Shown: positions 1-9,736 of the stretch, in pieces
Numbering within the stretch: the first letter of the stretch is position 1
Layout of the letters: every line of letters begins with the position of its first letter
Translations under genes and position numbers: made by a program
Origin: Chloroflexota bacterium
Lineage (GTDB): Bacteria; Chloroflexota; Dehalococcoidia; GIF9; UBA5629
Reading direction: 5' to 3'
Assembly (NCBI GenBank): GCA_016865855.1
Contig: VGNX01000003.1
Span: 4,147-68,146, forward strand
Length of the DNA stretch: 64,000 bases
Notes under the pieces: model-generated
Told to the model about the DNA's origin: nothing
Seen by the model: only the letters and a program-made list of their open reading frames with translations
Databases searched by the model: none

Positions 1-1204
1 TGGCCAGCCTGGCGTGCAGGCTTAAGTGGCGGTATTCGCCGTGGATTGGTGCGAAGAACTTCGGTTTAACCAAGTTGAGCAGAAGTTTCAGCTCCTCCTG
101 GCTGCCGTGCCCGTGAACATGTACTTGAGCTAGTTTCTCATAAATTACATGAGCTCCCTGGCGGAATAGGTTATCAATTGTCCGGTTAACCAGCGCTTCA
201 TTGCCCGGGACGGGCGTGGCTGACATGATGACAGTGTCTCCGGGGATAATGCGAACCTGGCTGTTGTCCCGATTGGCAATACGTACCAGGGCTGAAGTCG
301 GCTCTCCTTGGCTCCCGGTGGTTAGAAGGACGACTTTATCGTAGGGGAAACGGTGAATCTCTTCGAAGCGGCGCAGGACATCAGGCGGAGCCTTGAGATA
401 ACCTAGCTCCGATGCCATGTGCACTGTGTCTCGCATGCTCCGTCCGATAACAAATACTTGCCGGTTATGTTTAGCAGCAGCGTCAATCACCTGTTGAATG
501 CGGGAGATAAGCGAGGAGAAGGTGGTGATAATCACCCTCCCCGGGGCTTCAGCTATGATGCGTCCCAGCGCTTCGCCAACTACAGTTTCCGATGGTGTAT
601 ATCCCGGAAGCTCAGCATAGGTTGAGTCGGCGAGAAGAAGCAGGACTCCTTGAGTGCCTAATTGGGCCAGCTTGGCTAATTCGGTAGGTTTGCCGTCGAC
701 CGGTGTATAGTCGATCTTAAAATCACCGCTGTGAATCACTGTGCCTATGGGCGTGTCAATACTGAATCCTAGAGAATCTGGAATACTGTGACAGACGGAG
801 AAAGGCTCTATTTTGAAGTTGCCGAGTGAAAACTTAACCCCGGGCTGAATTGTCCTGAGAGTGGCTTTCTTTTCCCACCGATGTTCCTTTAACTTGATGG
901 AAATCAAGCCCTGGGTAAGCTTGGTACCGTAAACGGGCAAATTGAGCTGAGGCAGTATGTAGGGCAAAGCACCGATGTGGTCTTCGTGACCGTGGGTTAT
1001 GATTATGCCTCGCAGCTTCTCTCGCCTTTCTAGCAAGTAGCTTATATCCGGAATGACCAGGTCAACTCCCAGCATGTCCTCTTCGGGAAACATAAGTCCG
1101 GCGTCGATTATGATGATGTCATTGGCAAACTCAATGGCCATCATATTCTTGCCAATTTCACCTAGTCCGCCTAGAGGGATTATCCTGAGTTTCTGTCTGC
1201 TCAT
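1..1204 (-). CDS. rnj: Ribonuclease J (beta-CASP metallo-beta-lactamase RNase), C-terminal part cut by window edge
   Basis: Not in the ORF track because it is open at the window edge. My reverse-strand reading from ATG (1202-1204) gives MSRQKLRIIPLGGLGEIGKNMMAIEF and later IITHGHEDHIGALPYIL (HxHxDH motif). Confidence 0.85.
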   Translation of the reverse strand, partial: MSRQKLRIIPLGGLGEIGKNMMAIEFANDIIIIDAGLMFPEEDMLGVDLVIPDISYLLERREKLRGIIITHGHEDHIGALPYILPQLNLPVYGTKLTQGLISIKLKEHRWEKKATLRTIQPGVKFSLGNFKIEPFSVCHSIPDSLGFSIDTPIGTVIHSGDFKIDYTPVDGKPTELAKLAQLGTQGVLLLLADSTYAELPGYTPSETVVGEALGRIIAEAPGRVIITTFSSLISRIQQVIDAAAKHNRQVFVIGRSMRDTVHMASELGYLKAPPDVLRRFEEIHRFPYDKVVLLTTGSQGEPTSALVRIANRDNSQVRIIPGDTVIMSATPVPGNEALVNRTIDNLFRQGAHVIYEKLAQVHVHGHGSQEELKLLLNLVKPKFFAPIHGEYRHLSLHARLA

Positions 1205-1213
1205 AATTGTGAC

Positions 1214-1819
1214 CTAGAACAAGCTTAGCTGATGAGGCTCAGCTTCGGCTTCTGTTAGCTTTTCTGCCTGGGCTAAGATTTGGGGTATTTTGAGCATGTC
1301 GACTTCAATGATTTTCCGCAGGCTTCCTTGATGGAGAGCCGCTGCCGGATGATACATGGCATAGCAGATAACGTTGTCCTGTTTTCTAGTTTTGCCATGG
1401 ACCTGGCTGATACTCTGGTTGAGGAAATACTTCGCCATGGAGTAACGACCTAAGGTAACAATCATCTTTGGGTGGATCAATTCTATCTGGCGGGTCAACC
1501 ATTTGCTGCAGGCTTGAACTTCGCCGGGCAGCGGGTCTCGATTGCTAGGGGGGCGGCATTTGATAACATTAGCAATATAGACCTGTTCGCGTTTCAGGCC
1601 GATAGAGGCTAGTAACTCCTCCAAGTATTTCCCTGCTGGTCCAACGAAGGGGCGTCCTTGTTGATCTTCATGCCACCCTGGTGCTTCGCCGATAAAAAGC
1701 AGGTTAGTCTTTTCTGGCCCTTCGCCGGGCACTACCCTGGTACGGTGTTTGCCTAGCTCACAGTCTTGGCAGCATTCGATTTCCTTGTACAGCTCGATAA
1801 GCGCTGACATCCACGGCAA
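1214..1819 (-). CDS. Uracil-DNA glycosylase, family 4
   Basis: 201-aa ORF with an N-terminal Cys cluster (CCQDCELGKHR), GEAPG motif (FIGEAPGWHEDQQGRPFVGPAGK) and C-terminal HPAAAL, typical of family-4 UDG. Confidence 0.85.
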   Translation of the reverse strand: MPWMSALIELYKEIECCQDCELGKHRTRVVPGEGPEKTNLLFIGEAPGWHEDQQGRPFVGPAGKYLEELLASIGLKREQVYIANVIKCRPPSNRDPLPGEVQACSKWLTRQIELIHPKMIVTLGRYSMAKYFLNQSISQVHGKTRKQDNVICYAMYHPAAALHQGSLRKIIEVDMLKIPQILAQAEKLTEAEAEPHQLSLF

Positions 1820-1905
1820 TCATAACATAGCCTTCTTTGCCGGTCAATTCAAATCAGCGCTAAGGTAACACGAAGGACGGTGGAGTCACTACCAATTTTC
1901 TCCCA

Positions 1906-1962
1906 ATGTAGCAGTGACCCTTTAGGGTCACTGGGGCGAGGCTAAAGCCTCGCCGCTACATG
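1906..1962. repeat. Family-1 double-hairpin palindromic repeat (ATGTAG..GACCCTTTAGGGTC..GGCGAGGCTAAAGCCTCGCC..CTACAT)
   Basis: Two adjacent perfect hairpins framed by ATGTAG/CTACAT. Related copies at 2117-2145, 21207-21262, 22175-22243, 31827-31960, 45625-45690, 45861-45917, 47934-47980, 53535-53590, 53953-54007 and 61663-61718. Confidence 0.9.
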
Positions 1963-2183
1963 TTTTATTATTTATTGGTGGGGCATGGCCCCGTGGCGAT
2001 CTCAGCCGAGGCAGACGTGGTTGCTGTGTGGAGATTGCCACGCTTCGCTCGCAATGACAGAAAAAAGAACCCGCAATGATAAAAGGGAAGAGGCTCGCGA
2101 TGACAGGTGGCTAGCTGGGCGAGGCTAAAGCCTCGCCGCTACATGTTTTATTTTTAGTGAGGTCAAAGCCCCCACTGGTCAAT

Positions 2184-2519
2184 TCAAATCAGCACTATAA
2201 CAAGGCTGATGGCAGCAAAGCAAAAAACCGCTATAGAGATACCTAGAAATAGCCTGTTCCTTGCCATTGAGAAGAGCACGATAGCTACGATGACCTGTAT
2301 GATAGGCGTCAGCAGGAGAATCAAGATTCCAACACTAATGACAATCGCCGCTGGTATCTGGTCTAGCCGGACTAGCGGCTGAATGTTTTTAGCCCCGGAG
2401 ATGCTGAGCAAGATGATAAGCCCGATAATAACCAGCGCTAAAGAGACCGCAATGCCCAGCCTGAAACCAAGGCTAACCCAGTTGTTTAAGCGACTTTCAT
2501 CAAATTTCGTGTTTTCCAT
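2184..2519 (-). CDS. Small membrane protein, DUF1634-like (usual partner of TauE/SafE exporters)
   Basis: 111 aa with 3-4 hydrophobic helices, immediately downstream of the TauE-like gene on the same strand. Confidence 0.6.
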   Translation of the reverse strand: MENTKFDESRLNNWVSLGFRLGIAVSLALVIIGLIILLSISGAKNIQPLVRLDQIPAAIVISVGILILLLTPIIQVIVAIVLFSMARNRLFLGISIAVFCFAAISLVIVLI

Positions 2520-2540
2520 AATTTATTTGTCCTGCAAGTT

Positions 2541-3482
2541 CTATATTACGTTAGCCGTTTTAAGGAACATCAGCAGAGCTGCAAGGAACAGGAAGACGCC
2601 GAATATGCGTCTAAGCAATACCCCCCTGGCTCTTTGTGTTAATTCAACACCCAGTCTAGCTCCTACAACTACACCGATGATCAGTGGGGCAACTATAAAG
2701 GGGTATATGTTGCCGTAATAGTGGTAAATGAGCGCACCAACTGTTGTTGTGATTGCTATCATAAATGCGCTCGTAGCGATGGCTGCTTTCATCGGTAATC
2801 CCATCACCAGGTTCATTACAGGCACTTTGATGATGCCGCCGCCTATGCCGAGCAGGCTTGAGAGGACGCCGGCGAAGAAGCTGGCTCCTAACCCCGCAGG
2901 CGTATGGGTCACTTTGTAGGTAACAACCTTGTCCAGATTCTGGTCATAATATGAGTTTGCTAGCGAGCTGGATAAATTATTGGGAGTATTATCCGGAGCA
3001 ACTGAATTGTCTGCGGACAGAACGTCTTCAGACATGAGGTACCGGCGTACCACCATAGTATAGGCAACGTAAAGGAGGACAAGTCCGAAAAGGGCACTTA
3101 ATATGGAGGGGGCGATGACAGCTGCAGCCAAACCGCCTATGATAGCCCCGGGGATGGTCGCTGTTTCCAGAAGCAGGCCTAATTTTACATTGGTCAATCG
3201 GGCCTTGGTGTAGATGCCGGCAGCGGTGCATGAGTTAGCTACGATAGCTACCAGGCTGCTGCCGATGGCAACGTGTATCGGCAAGTGGAGAGCTAAGGTG
3301 AGTATTGGCACGATGAGGACACCACCGCCGACTCCCAGCGCTGAGCCAAGAAGTCCGGCGACTAATCCGGTGCCACCTAATGCCCAGAGGTTTAGTCCGA
3401 GGTTTAATTCATTCAATGGTGCCGTTCGACATAGTAGCATCGGGTGCTGTGAGAGGTCAATAAAGGGTTGTGCAGTGTCCAA
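2541..3482 (-). CDS. Sulfite exporter TauE/SafE family membrane protein
   Basis: 313-aa polytopic protein with duplicated Gly-rich helices (GLLGSALGVGGGVLIVPIL and LSSLLGIGGGIIKVPVM) characteristic of the TauE/SafE family. Confidence 0.8.
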   Translation of the reverse strand: MDTAQPFIDLSQHPMLLCRTAPLNELNLGLNLWALGGTGLVAGLLGSALGVGGGVLIVPILTLALHLPIHVAIGSSLVAIVANSCTAAGIYTKARLTNVKLGLLLETATIPGAIIGGLAAAVIAPSILSALFGLVLLYVAYTMVVRRYLMSEDVLSADNSVAPDNTPNNLSSSLANSYYDQNLDKVVTYKVTHTPAGLGASFFAGVLSSLLGIGGGIIKVPVMNLVMGLPMKAAIATSAFMIAITTTVGALIYHYYGNIYPFIVAPLIIGVVVGARLGVELTQRARGVLLRRIFGVFLFLAALLMFLKTANVI

Positions 3483-3655
3483 AATCTTAGCAATACGGTA
3501 TTATCCGGAAATAACCGGGTTAACTTGCTACGCAGGGTATTTGAGCTTACAATATAGAGACTGTAGAGAACCTGGAGAAACAGACCAGGAGAATCTCTGC
3601 CCGATTTAGCTGATTTTGAGCAAACCATATTCAACTTCTGATAACGAAGATTAAA

Positions 3656-3865
3656 ATGAAAGGATTCATCGAAATTTCTCGGGAGCTCTGCAAGGGATGC
3701 GAGCTATGTGTCTCCTTCTGTCCTAAGGGCGTGCTCTCGCTCTCAGACAAATTGAATGCCAGTGGCTATCTCCCGGCTGCTCTCAATGATAATGGCGAAT
3801 GTACAGGATGCGCTGTCTGTGCGTTGGTCTGCCCGGAAGTAGCAATAGAGGTGTATCGTGGCTAA
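3656..3865 (+). CDS. korD: 2-oxoacid:ferredoxin oxidoreductase delta subunit (2x[4Fe-4S] ferredoxin)
   Basis: 69 aa with two CxxCxxCxxxCP motifs (CKGCELCVSFCP, CTGCAVCALVCP). First gene of a delta-alpha-beta-gamma operon, overlapping the next gene by 8 nt. Confidence 0.8.
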   Translation: MKGFIEISRELCKGCELCVSFCPKGVLSLSDKLNASGYLPAALNDNGECTGCAVCALVCPEVAIEVYRG

Positions 3866-4925
3866 GGTTCTCATGAACGGTAACAGCGCCATTGGCGAAG
3901 CAGCCATCAGAGCCGGCTGCCAGTGCTATTTCGGATATCCGATCACACCTCAGAATGAGCTGATCGAATATATGGCTGCTCACTTGAGCAGAAGGAAAGG
4001 CTGTTGCTTTATTCAAGCAGAAAGTGAGATTTCCGCTATCAATATGGTCTATGGAGCTAGCCTGGTCGGTGCCAGAGCAATGACATCCTCATCTAGTCCT
4101 GGCATCAGTCTGAAGCAGGAAGGGATTTCTTATCTTGCCGCCTGCGAACTTCCGGCAGTTATTGTGAACATGTCCAGAGGTGGGCCAGGGTTAGGAAGCA
4201 TAGTAGCCGCTCAGTCAGATTATTTCCAGGCTACTAGAGGTGGAGGTCATGGAGATTACAGGACCATAGTTTTAGCGCCTTCATCAGTGCAGGAACTGGC
4301 AGACCTCACCCACAAAGCTTTTGACCTTGCCGACAAATACAAAATTCCAGTAATTCTTCTTGGAGACGGCGTTTTGGGCCAGATGATGGAGCCGGTAGAA
4401 TTCAAACATGAAGCTCCCGCGGAATTGCCAGTCAGAGGTGATGCATTAAGGGGGGCAAACGGACGGCCTAGCAAAATTGTCAAGACATTTACCTCAAACC
4501 CTGCTGAACTGGAAGAGATTAATTGGAGTTTATTCAGAAGATATTCTTTAATTAAAAAACAAGAAACCGCCTACGAAACATTCTTGGCGGAAGATGCTAA
4601 GTTGATAGTCGTTGCCTTTGGTATAGCAGCCCGTATCGCTAAAGGAGCAATCAAAATGGTGCGGTCAACAGGTCTAAAGGTTGGATTGCTCAGACCAATT
4701 ACCCTCTGGCCATTCCCTGTTGAAAAAGTCCAAGAATTAACCAAGAAAGTAAAACACTATCTTGTCTTCGAGATGAATATGGGGCAGATGATAGAAGATG
4801 TGCAATTGGCGCTGGAAGGCCAAGGTGAAGTTTCTTTTTACGGAAGACCGGGAGGGGTGATTCCCACCCCAAGCGAGGTTGCTCTCGTAATCTCACGCCT
4901 TTACCATCAGAAGGGTTTGAAGTAG
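3858..4925 (+). CDS. korA: 2-oxoacid (2-oxoglutarate-type):ferredoxin oxidoreductase alpha subunit
   Basis: 355 aa. N-terminus MNGNSAIGEAAIRAGCQCYFGYPITPQNE matches the POR/KOR alpha pyrimidine-binding domain. Confidence 0.85.
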   Translation: MAKVLMNGNSAIGEAAIRAGCQCYFGYPITPQNELIEYMAAHLSRRKGCCFIQAESEISAINMVYGASLVGARAMTSSSSPGISLKQEGISYLAACELPAVIVNMSRGGPGLGSIVAAQSDYFQATRGGGHGDYRTIVLAPSSVQELADLTHKAFDLADKYKIPVILLGDGVLGQMMEPVEFKHEAPAELPVRGDALRGANGRPSKIVKTFTSNPAELEEINWSLFRRYSLIKKQETAYETFLAEDAKLIVVAFGIAARIAKGAIKMVRSTGLKVGLLRPITLWPFPVEKVQELTKKVKHYLVFEMNMGQMIEDVQLALEGQGEVSFYGRPGGVIPTPSEVALVISRLYHQKGLK

Positions 4926-4929
4926 ATAA

Positions 4930-5685
4930 ATGAAAAAAATATATACCCGCCCGAAGTCACTAAAAACAAATCCGTTTCACTATTGTCCGGGATGTGGGCA
5001 CTCTGTTGTTCACAGGCTTGTCGCTGAAGTTATCGACGAACTGAATCTCCAGAATAAAACCATCGGTATCCCACCACCGGGATGTTCGGTTTTCGCCTAT
5101 AACTATTTTGATGTAGATATGGCAGAATCGGCACACGGTAGAGGGGCAGCTGTAGCTACAGGTATCAAGCGTGCCTTCCCTGAGACAATCGTCTTTACTT
5201 ACCAGGGAGATGGTGACCTTGCCGGTATCGGCACCGCTGAGACTATACATGCTGCCAACAGAGGGGAAAATATAACCACCATTTTTGTCAACAACGCCGT
5301 CTACGGAATGACTGGTGGGCAGATGGCTCCTACCACCCTTTCTGGGCAGAAGACCACTACCACCCCTTACGGACGAGATGTAGCACTGGAAGGATATCCC
5401 ATAAAGATGAGTGAGATTTTAGCCTTGATCGAGGGCGCGGTATATATTGAGCGGGTTGCAGTTAACTCCCCGGCCAATATTAGGAAAGCCAAGAAAGCCA
5501 TTCGCAAAGCCTTCCAGGTGCAAATTGACCATCTCGGTTTCTCCATGGTGGAAATACTCTCCCCTTGCCCCACGAATTGGAAGATGAGCCCTTTGGAATC
5601 ATGGCAGTGGATTGATAAAGAGATGACTAAGGAATTTCCTCTGGGTGTCGTAAAAGATAGGCCTGGGAGAGCAGATGCTGATTAA
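4930..5685 (+). CDS. korB: 2-oxoacid:ferredoxin oxidoreductase beta subunit (TPP-binding)
   Basis: 251 aa with CPGCGH near the N-terminus and the TPP motif GDGDLAGIG...NNAVYGMTGGQ. Confidence 0.85.
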   Translation: MKKIYTRPKSLKTNPFHYCPGCGHSVVHRLVAEVIDELNLQNKTIGIPPPGCSVFAYNYFDVDMAESAHGRGAAVATGIKRAFPETIVFTYQGDGDLAGIGTAETIHAANRGENITTIFVNNAVYGMTGGQMAPTTLSGQKTTTTPYGRDVALEGYPIKMSEILALIEGAVYIERVAVNSPANIRKAKKAIRKAFQVQIDHLGFSMVEILSPCPTNWKMSPLESWQWIDKEMTKEFPLGVVKDRPGRADAD

Positions 5686-6205
5686 GGCAATCATCGCAGG
5701 TTTTGGAGGTCAGGGGGTACTATCGATGGGCCTTAATTTAGCCCAGGCAGCACTGCTCGAAGGCAAGCATGTGACCTACTTACCCTCCTATGGCGCTGAG
5801 GTTCGCGGCGGCACCGCCAATTGCACAGTGGCCATATCAGACGACGAGATTGCATCTCCAGTTGCTTCGGAGCCGGAGTTTATTATCGCCATGAATCAAC
5901 CTTCTGCACTTAGATTTCAAAATCAGATTCAATCGGGTGGCCTATTCTTTATCAATTCCTCCCTGGTAGAAGCTGAGATCTCAAGGGGTGATATTAGCAT
6001 CGTTAGCGTTCCGGCGAATAGTATTGCAGAAAAATTGGGGAGCCCAAAAGCTGCTAACATGATTATGTTGGGGGCATTCACCAAGAAAAGCGGCTTGGTT
6101 TCACTTTCCAGTTTATTCAAAGGATTAAAGTATACTCTAGGGAAGAAACAAGAACTACTCGCTATTAACGAAAAAGCCCTAAGGGCAGGATATGACCTAT
6201 TCTAA
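5675..6205 (+). CDS. korC: 2-oxoacid:ferredoxin oxidoreductase gamma subunit
   Basis: 176 aa starting IIAGFGGQGVLSMG with YGAEVRGG, typical of the POR/KOR gamma domain. Overlaps the beta gene by 11 nt. Confidence 0.8.
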   Translation: MLIKAIIAGFGGQGVLSMGLNLAQAALLEGKHVTYLPSYGAEVRGGTANCTVAISDDEIASPVASEPEFIIAMNQPSALRFQNQIQSGGLFFINSSLVEAEISRGDISIVSVPANSIAEKLGSPKAANMIMLGAFTKKSGLVSLSSLFKGLKYTLGKKQELLAINEKALRAGYDLF

Positions 6206-6300
6206 TAATTAGGTTACTGCTTTCGGTTGCTGGCTGTATTAACCGAGAACTTGTGGAAATCAAAATCATTGGCATGCAATATTTAATTGGGGAGTAACTT

Positions 6301-6732
6301 ATGTTTGTAAAACAGATTTCAATCAGTCTGGAAAATGTGCCGGGTAAGTTTTTGGCCGTGAGCGAATGCTTGGGGAAAGAGGGGGTTAATATCAGGGCTA
6401 TCTCAGTAGCTGACACAGCAGATATCAGTACCGTGAGATTTGTCACGGACAACCCAGGAAAAACCGCCAACGTACTGAGAAGCCATGACTATCCTGTGAA
6501 GGAAACCGATGTACTAGCAGTGGAAGTCCCTGATCATCCCGGTGGTCTTATAGCAGTACTTAAACCTCTACGAGACGCAAATATCAATGTCCTCTATTTC
6601 TATCCCTATCTCGGCAGGGGAGAAAGCGGACAGCCGATAGTTATTGTCGGCGTGGACAAAACTAAAGAGGCGTTAGAGGCTTTGAAAAAGAATTGGGTTC
6701 ATACCTTTGGGGAAGAGATTTATTCGCTGTGA
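6301..6732 (+). CDS. ACT-domain protein (two ACT-like halves)
   Basis: 143 aa. ISISLENVPGKFLAVSECLGKEGVNIRAISV and VLAVEVPDHPGGLIAVLKPLRDANINVLYF resemble tandem ACT domains. Confidence 0.55.
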   Translation: MFVKQISISLENVPGKFLAVSECLGKEGVNIRAISVADTADISTVRFVTDNPGKTANVLRSHDYPVKETDVLAVEVPDHPGGLIAVLKPLRDANINVLYFYPYLGRGESGQPIVIVGVDKTKEALEALKKNWVHTFGEEIYSL

Positions 6733-7066
6733 TTCTCAATGCGCGCTTGTGGGCATAGCCGACATTACATCCTTTTGCGGGGGGTGAAGCCCGGCCCTTA
6801 TAGTCCGCTAGTGCTCACCACCATCGAATGAAATGGTGAATTAAATTCTGCGCAGGTGCAATTTTACCCAGATGGTTCTGGGTTCGAGTGTATTCATTAA
6901 TACAATCAACGGACTATTCTGGGCTCTATCCAGACTGACTTATGAGAATTGTGTACATCCGGCGAAGTATTTATGTCCATAGTAAAATATCAATTTTTCC
7001 CGGCAATACTTGAGAGGTCTATGTCAAATGAATTGAGTTTATTATCATACGACGCATTTATACAAC

Positions 7067-7339
7067 CTAGGTCGTACCTTTTACCCGTCTGTATTTCGCC
7101 AAACCACACACAAAAATTGACCTGCCCCAAATAATTGTACCACTTATTAAGTTACAGTTGTCGGTATTGAGCTTGCCCTTATAACGCCCCCCCACGATGT
7201 CCATACCCTTACGGCATTCATCAACTATGGACATTGGGTCGACCCCAGCATCGACTTTCTCACATACCAGCTTCTTTACTTTCTCCTCATCCAAATCAGC
7301 CAAAGCATGAGTTAATTCCGACATATTTTCCTTCTTCAT
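7067..7339 (-). pseudogene. Fragment of a corrinoid (B12)-binding protein: N-terminal helical cap only
   Basis: The first ~50 aa (LTHALADLDEEKVKKLVCEKVDAGVDPMSIVDECRKGMDIVGGRY) look like the B12-binding_2 cap of methyltransferase corrinoid proteins. Similarity ends right after a C7 homopolymer (7187-7193) and no DxHxxG Rossmann part follows. A 330-bp non-coding stretch lies downstream. Confidence 0.45.
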
Positions 7340-7375
7340 TAGCTTTATACAGCTTCTTATCCCATACCTAACTTT

Positions 7376-8170
7376 TCACTTAGTGAACCGGGGCGGCCTC
7401 TTTTCTAAAAACGCCTGAATGCCTTCATTCACCTCATCCGAGAGCATAAGCCTTTCCACAAGCTCTGGCTCGCATGGATACAGGTCAGCCATCCTGGCTA
7501 GCGATGCCGCGTTGACAATCTTCTTGGTTATCCTTGTAGCCAGAGGGCCCTTGGTAGCAATTTTCTGCACCAGCTCTTTACACGAACTCATCAACTGTTC
7601 TGGAGGCACAACCTTGTTCACCAGCCCTATCCTCAGCGCCTCATGAGTGTCAATGTTATCGCAGGTCATAATCATCTCTTTAGCCCTCGCCGGCCCTACC
7701 AAGGCAGTGAGGCGAGGAGTAGCTCCCCAGGTGAAAAAGATGCCCAGGTTAGTCTCAGGCACGCCGAGAACAGCATTCTCAGAGGCAATTCTGAAATCAC
7801 AGTTCATAGCCAGGCAAAGCCCCGCCCCCACACAGGCACCATTGATAGCGGCTATGGTCACCTGCTCCAGGCTTTCCATAGTCTGCATAAAATCGTGCCC
7901 AAACAACTGCCACAATCTTTCATTCGCCAGCTCAGGCCTGGCATATCTTTCTGCCATTGACTTCTTGGTAAATTCGGCGCCGACAGAGAAAGCTCGTCCT
8001 GCCCCGGTGAATATCACAAAACGCGTTTTCTGGTCTCCCCTGAGTTCGGCAAACAAATCCTTCAGCTCCAGCATTATCTGCGCATTCAAGGCATTCAATA
8101 TCTCAGGGCGGTTCAAGGTAACCGTAGCCATATTACCAGATTTTTCCACCAGCAATGTTTTATATGGCAT
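7376..8170 (-). CDS. Enoyl-CoA hydratase/isomerase (crotonase) family protein
   Basis: Crotonase signatures (VTLNRPEILNAL, FTGAGRAFSVGAE, AAINGACVGAGLCLAMNCD). I prefer the ATG at 8170, preceded by GGAGGTG, over the track start at 8194. Confidence 0.85.
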   Translation of the reverse strand: MPYKTLLVEKSGNMATVTLNRPEILNALNAQIMLELKDLFAELRGDQKTRFVIFTGAGRAFSVGAEFTKKSMAERYARPELANERLWQLFGHDFMQTMESLEQVTIAAINGACVGAGLCLAMNCDFRIASENAVLGVPETNLGIFFTWGATPRLTALVGPARAKEMIMTCDNIDTHEALRIGLVNKVVPPEQLMSSCKELVQKIATKGPLATRITKKIVNAASLARMADLYPCEPELVERLMLSDEVNEGIQAFLEKRPPRFTK

Positions 8171-8250
8171 CTTCACCTCCGTTGCTACGAGCATTGAGAA
8201 TATCTATCTGCACCCAGCTTATCAACTTTCCCCAAAAGGCGGATGAAAGC

Positions 8251-9720
8251 CTACGAGCCTAAAATCCTGGCGGCAGCTTCAGCAATACCGACAAAACCGC
8301 CCGGTACAACACCTAAAAGCAGGACAAAGAGGCAGCAGAGTAATAAAGCAGTGCGCAGTGCCCATGACGAAGGCACCTTTTCCTCCGAGGCCGGAGCTCC
8401 TAACCACATCACCTTCACCACCCTCAGATAGTAGAAAGCTGAGACACAGCTGTTTATCACAGCCACAATAACCAGCCACAGCAAACCGTGCTGCACCGCC
8501 CCACTGAAAATATAGATTTTAGCAATAAGCCCTGCAGTCGGCGGCAAGCCAATCAAAGAGATTAAGCAAAAACTCAAGGCCAGAGCCATGAGCGGTGCCC
8601 GCTTACCCATCCCGGTGTAATCATCGATCACATCGCTATCAATCTTGTTGGATATAGCTATGACCGCAATGAAAACCCCAAGGTTAGTAACAGCGTAGCT
8701 CATGAGGAAGAATAGCAGCCCGCTTTGCCCCAAAGCATCATTACCTGCCGCCATCCCAACGGTTGCTAACCCCACCATAAGGTAGCCAGCCTGAGCTATG
8801 CTGGAATAACCGAGCATGCGCTTTATGTTAGTTTGAACGATAGCTACGATATTCCCTACAGTCATCGTTATAGCACTCAAAATGGCAAACAGCATGCCCC
8901 AGTTAAGGCTAAGCCAGTCGGGAGAACCAAGAGCGCCAAAGAAGACACGGAGAATAACAGCAAAGCCTGCAGCTTTACTGGCTACAGAAAGATAGGCGGT
9001 AATCGGCGTCGGCGCACCTTCATAAACATCAGGTACCCACATCTGGAAAGGAAAACAGGCAATCTTGAAGCCAAAGCCGGCAGCCAAAAGGATAATGCCC
9101 AAAAGCAAAGCTGGATTATTCAGTAGGCCAGCACCAGGCATCCCCTGAACAAAATCGGCAATACACACCAGGCAAGTCCTTCCCGTAAAACCGAAGACTA
9201 ATGCCATGCCATAAAGAAGCACCGCCGAGGCGACAGCGCCTAGAAGTAAGTATTTCAGTCCTGCCTCGGTTGACTTCTGGTCCTTAAGAAAGCTGGCCAG
9301 CACATACAGCGAGATGCTGCTCAATTCCAAAGCCACATAGATAGTAATCAGGTCGGCTGCTGCTACCAGCAGCATCATACCTACAGCTGAGATGAGCACT
9401 AACGCATAATACTCGCCCTGAAATCTCGCAAATTTGCTCACATAGTCCTGAGAGGCTAGGATAATCAGGCCAGCTGCTACCAAAACCAGTAGCTTGAAGA
9501 AAAGAGCAAAGTTGTCAACCGCCAGCATGCCGTAGAAAATAGCAACACTGGGTGCTCCCCACATCGCCACCGTAAAACCAGCAGAAACTATTACGCCAGC
9601 TATGCTGACAGCAGCCAGAACCTTCTTCTGCTTGATAAACAAGTCCAGCAGAATCACCACCAAGGCAAAACCCAAAAGACTGAGTTCCGGTGCCAATAAG
9701 CGAAGCTCACCAACTATCAT
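8251..9720 (-). CDS. nuoN: NADH-quinone oxidoreductase subunit N
   Basis: 489-aa polytopic antiporter-like subunit, last gene of the nuo operon. Confidence 0.85.
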   Translation of the reverse strand: MIVGELRLLAPELSLLGFALVVILLDLFIKQKKVLAAVSIAGVIVSAGFTVAMWGAPSVAIFYGMLAVDNFALFFKLLVLVAAGLIILASQDYVSKFARFQGEYYALVLISAVGMMLLVAAADLITIYVALELSSISLYVLASFLKDQKSTEAGLKYLLLGAVASAVLLYGMALVFGFTGRTCLVCIADFVQGMPGAGLLNNPALLLGIILLAAGFGFKIACFPFQMWVPDVYEGAPTPITAYLSVASKAAGFAVILRVFFGALGSPDWLSLNWGMLFAILSAITMTVGNIVAIVQTNIKRMLGYSSIAQAGYLMVGLATVGMAAGNDALGQSGLLFFLMSYAVTNLGVFIAVIAISNKIDSDVIDDYTGMGKRAPLMALALSFCLISLIGLPPTAGLIAKIYIFSGAVQHGLLWLVIVAVINSCVSAFYYLRVVKVMWLGAPASEEKVPSSWALRTALLLCCLFVLLLGVVPGGFVGIAEAAARILGS

Positions 9721-9736
9721 CAGCTACCTCTTTACT

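Noticed and set aside
6850-6900. tRNA-like T-arm string GGTTCTGGGTTCGAGT
   Set aside because: No acceptor stem, D-arm or anticodon arm can be drawn around it. It is only a short hairpin (CCCAGA/TCTGGG) plus a chance GGTTCGAG.
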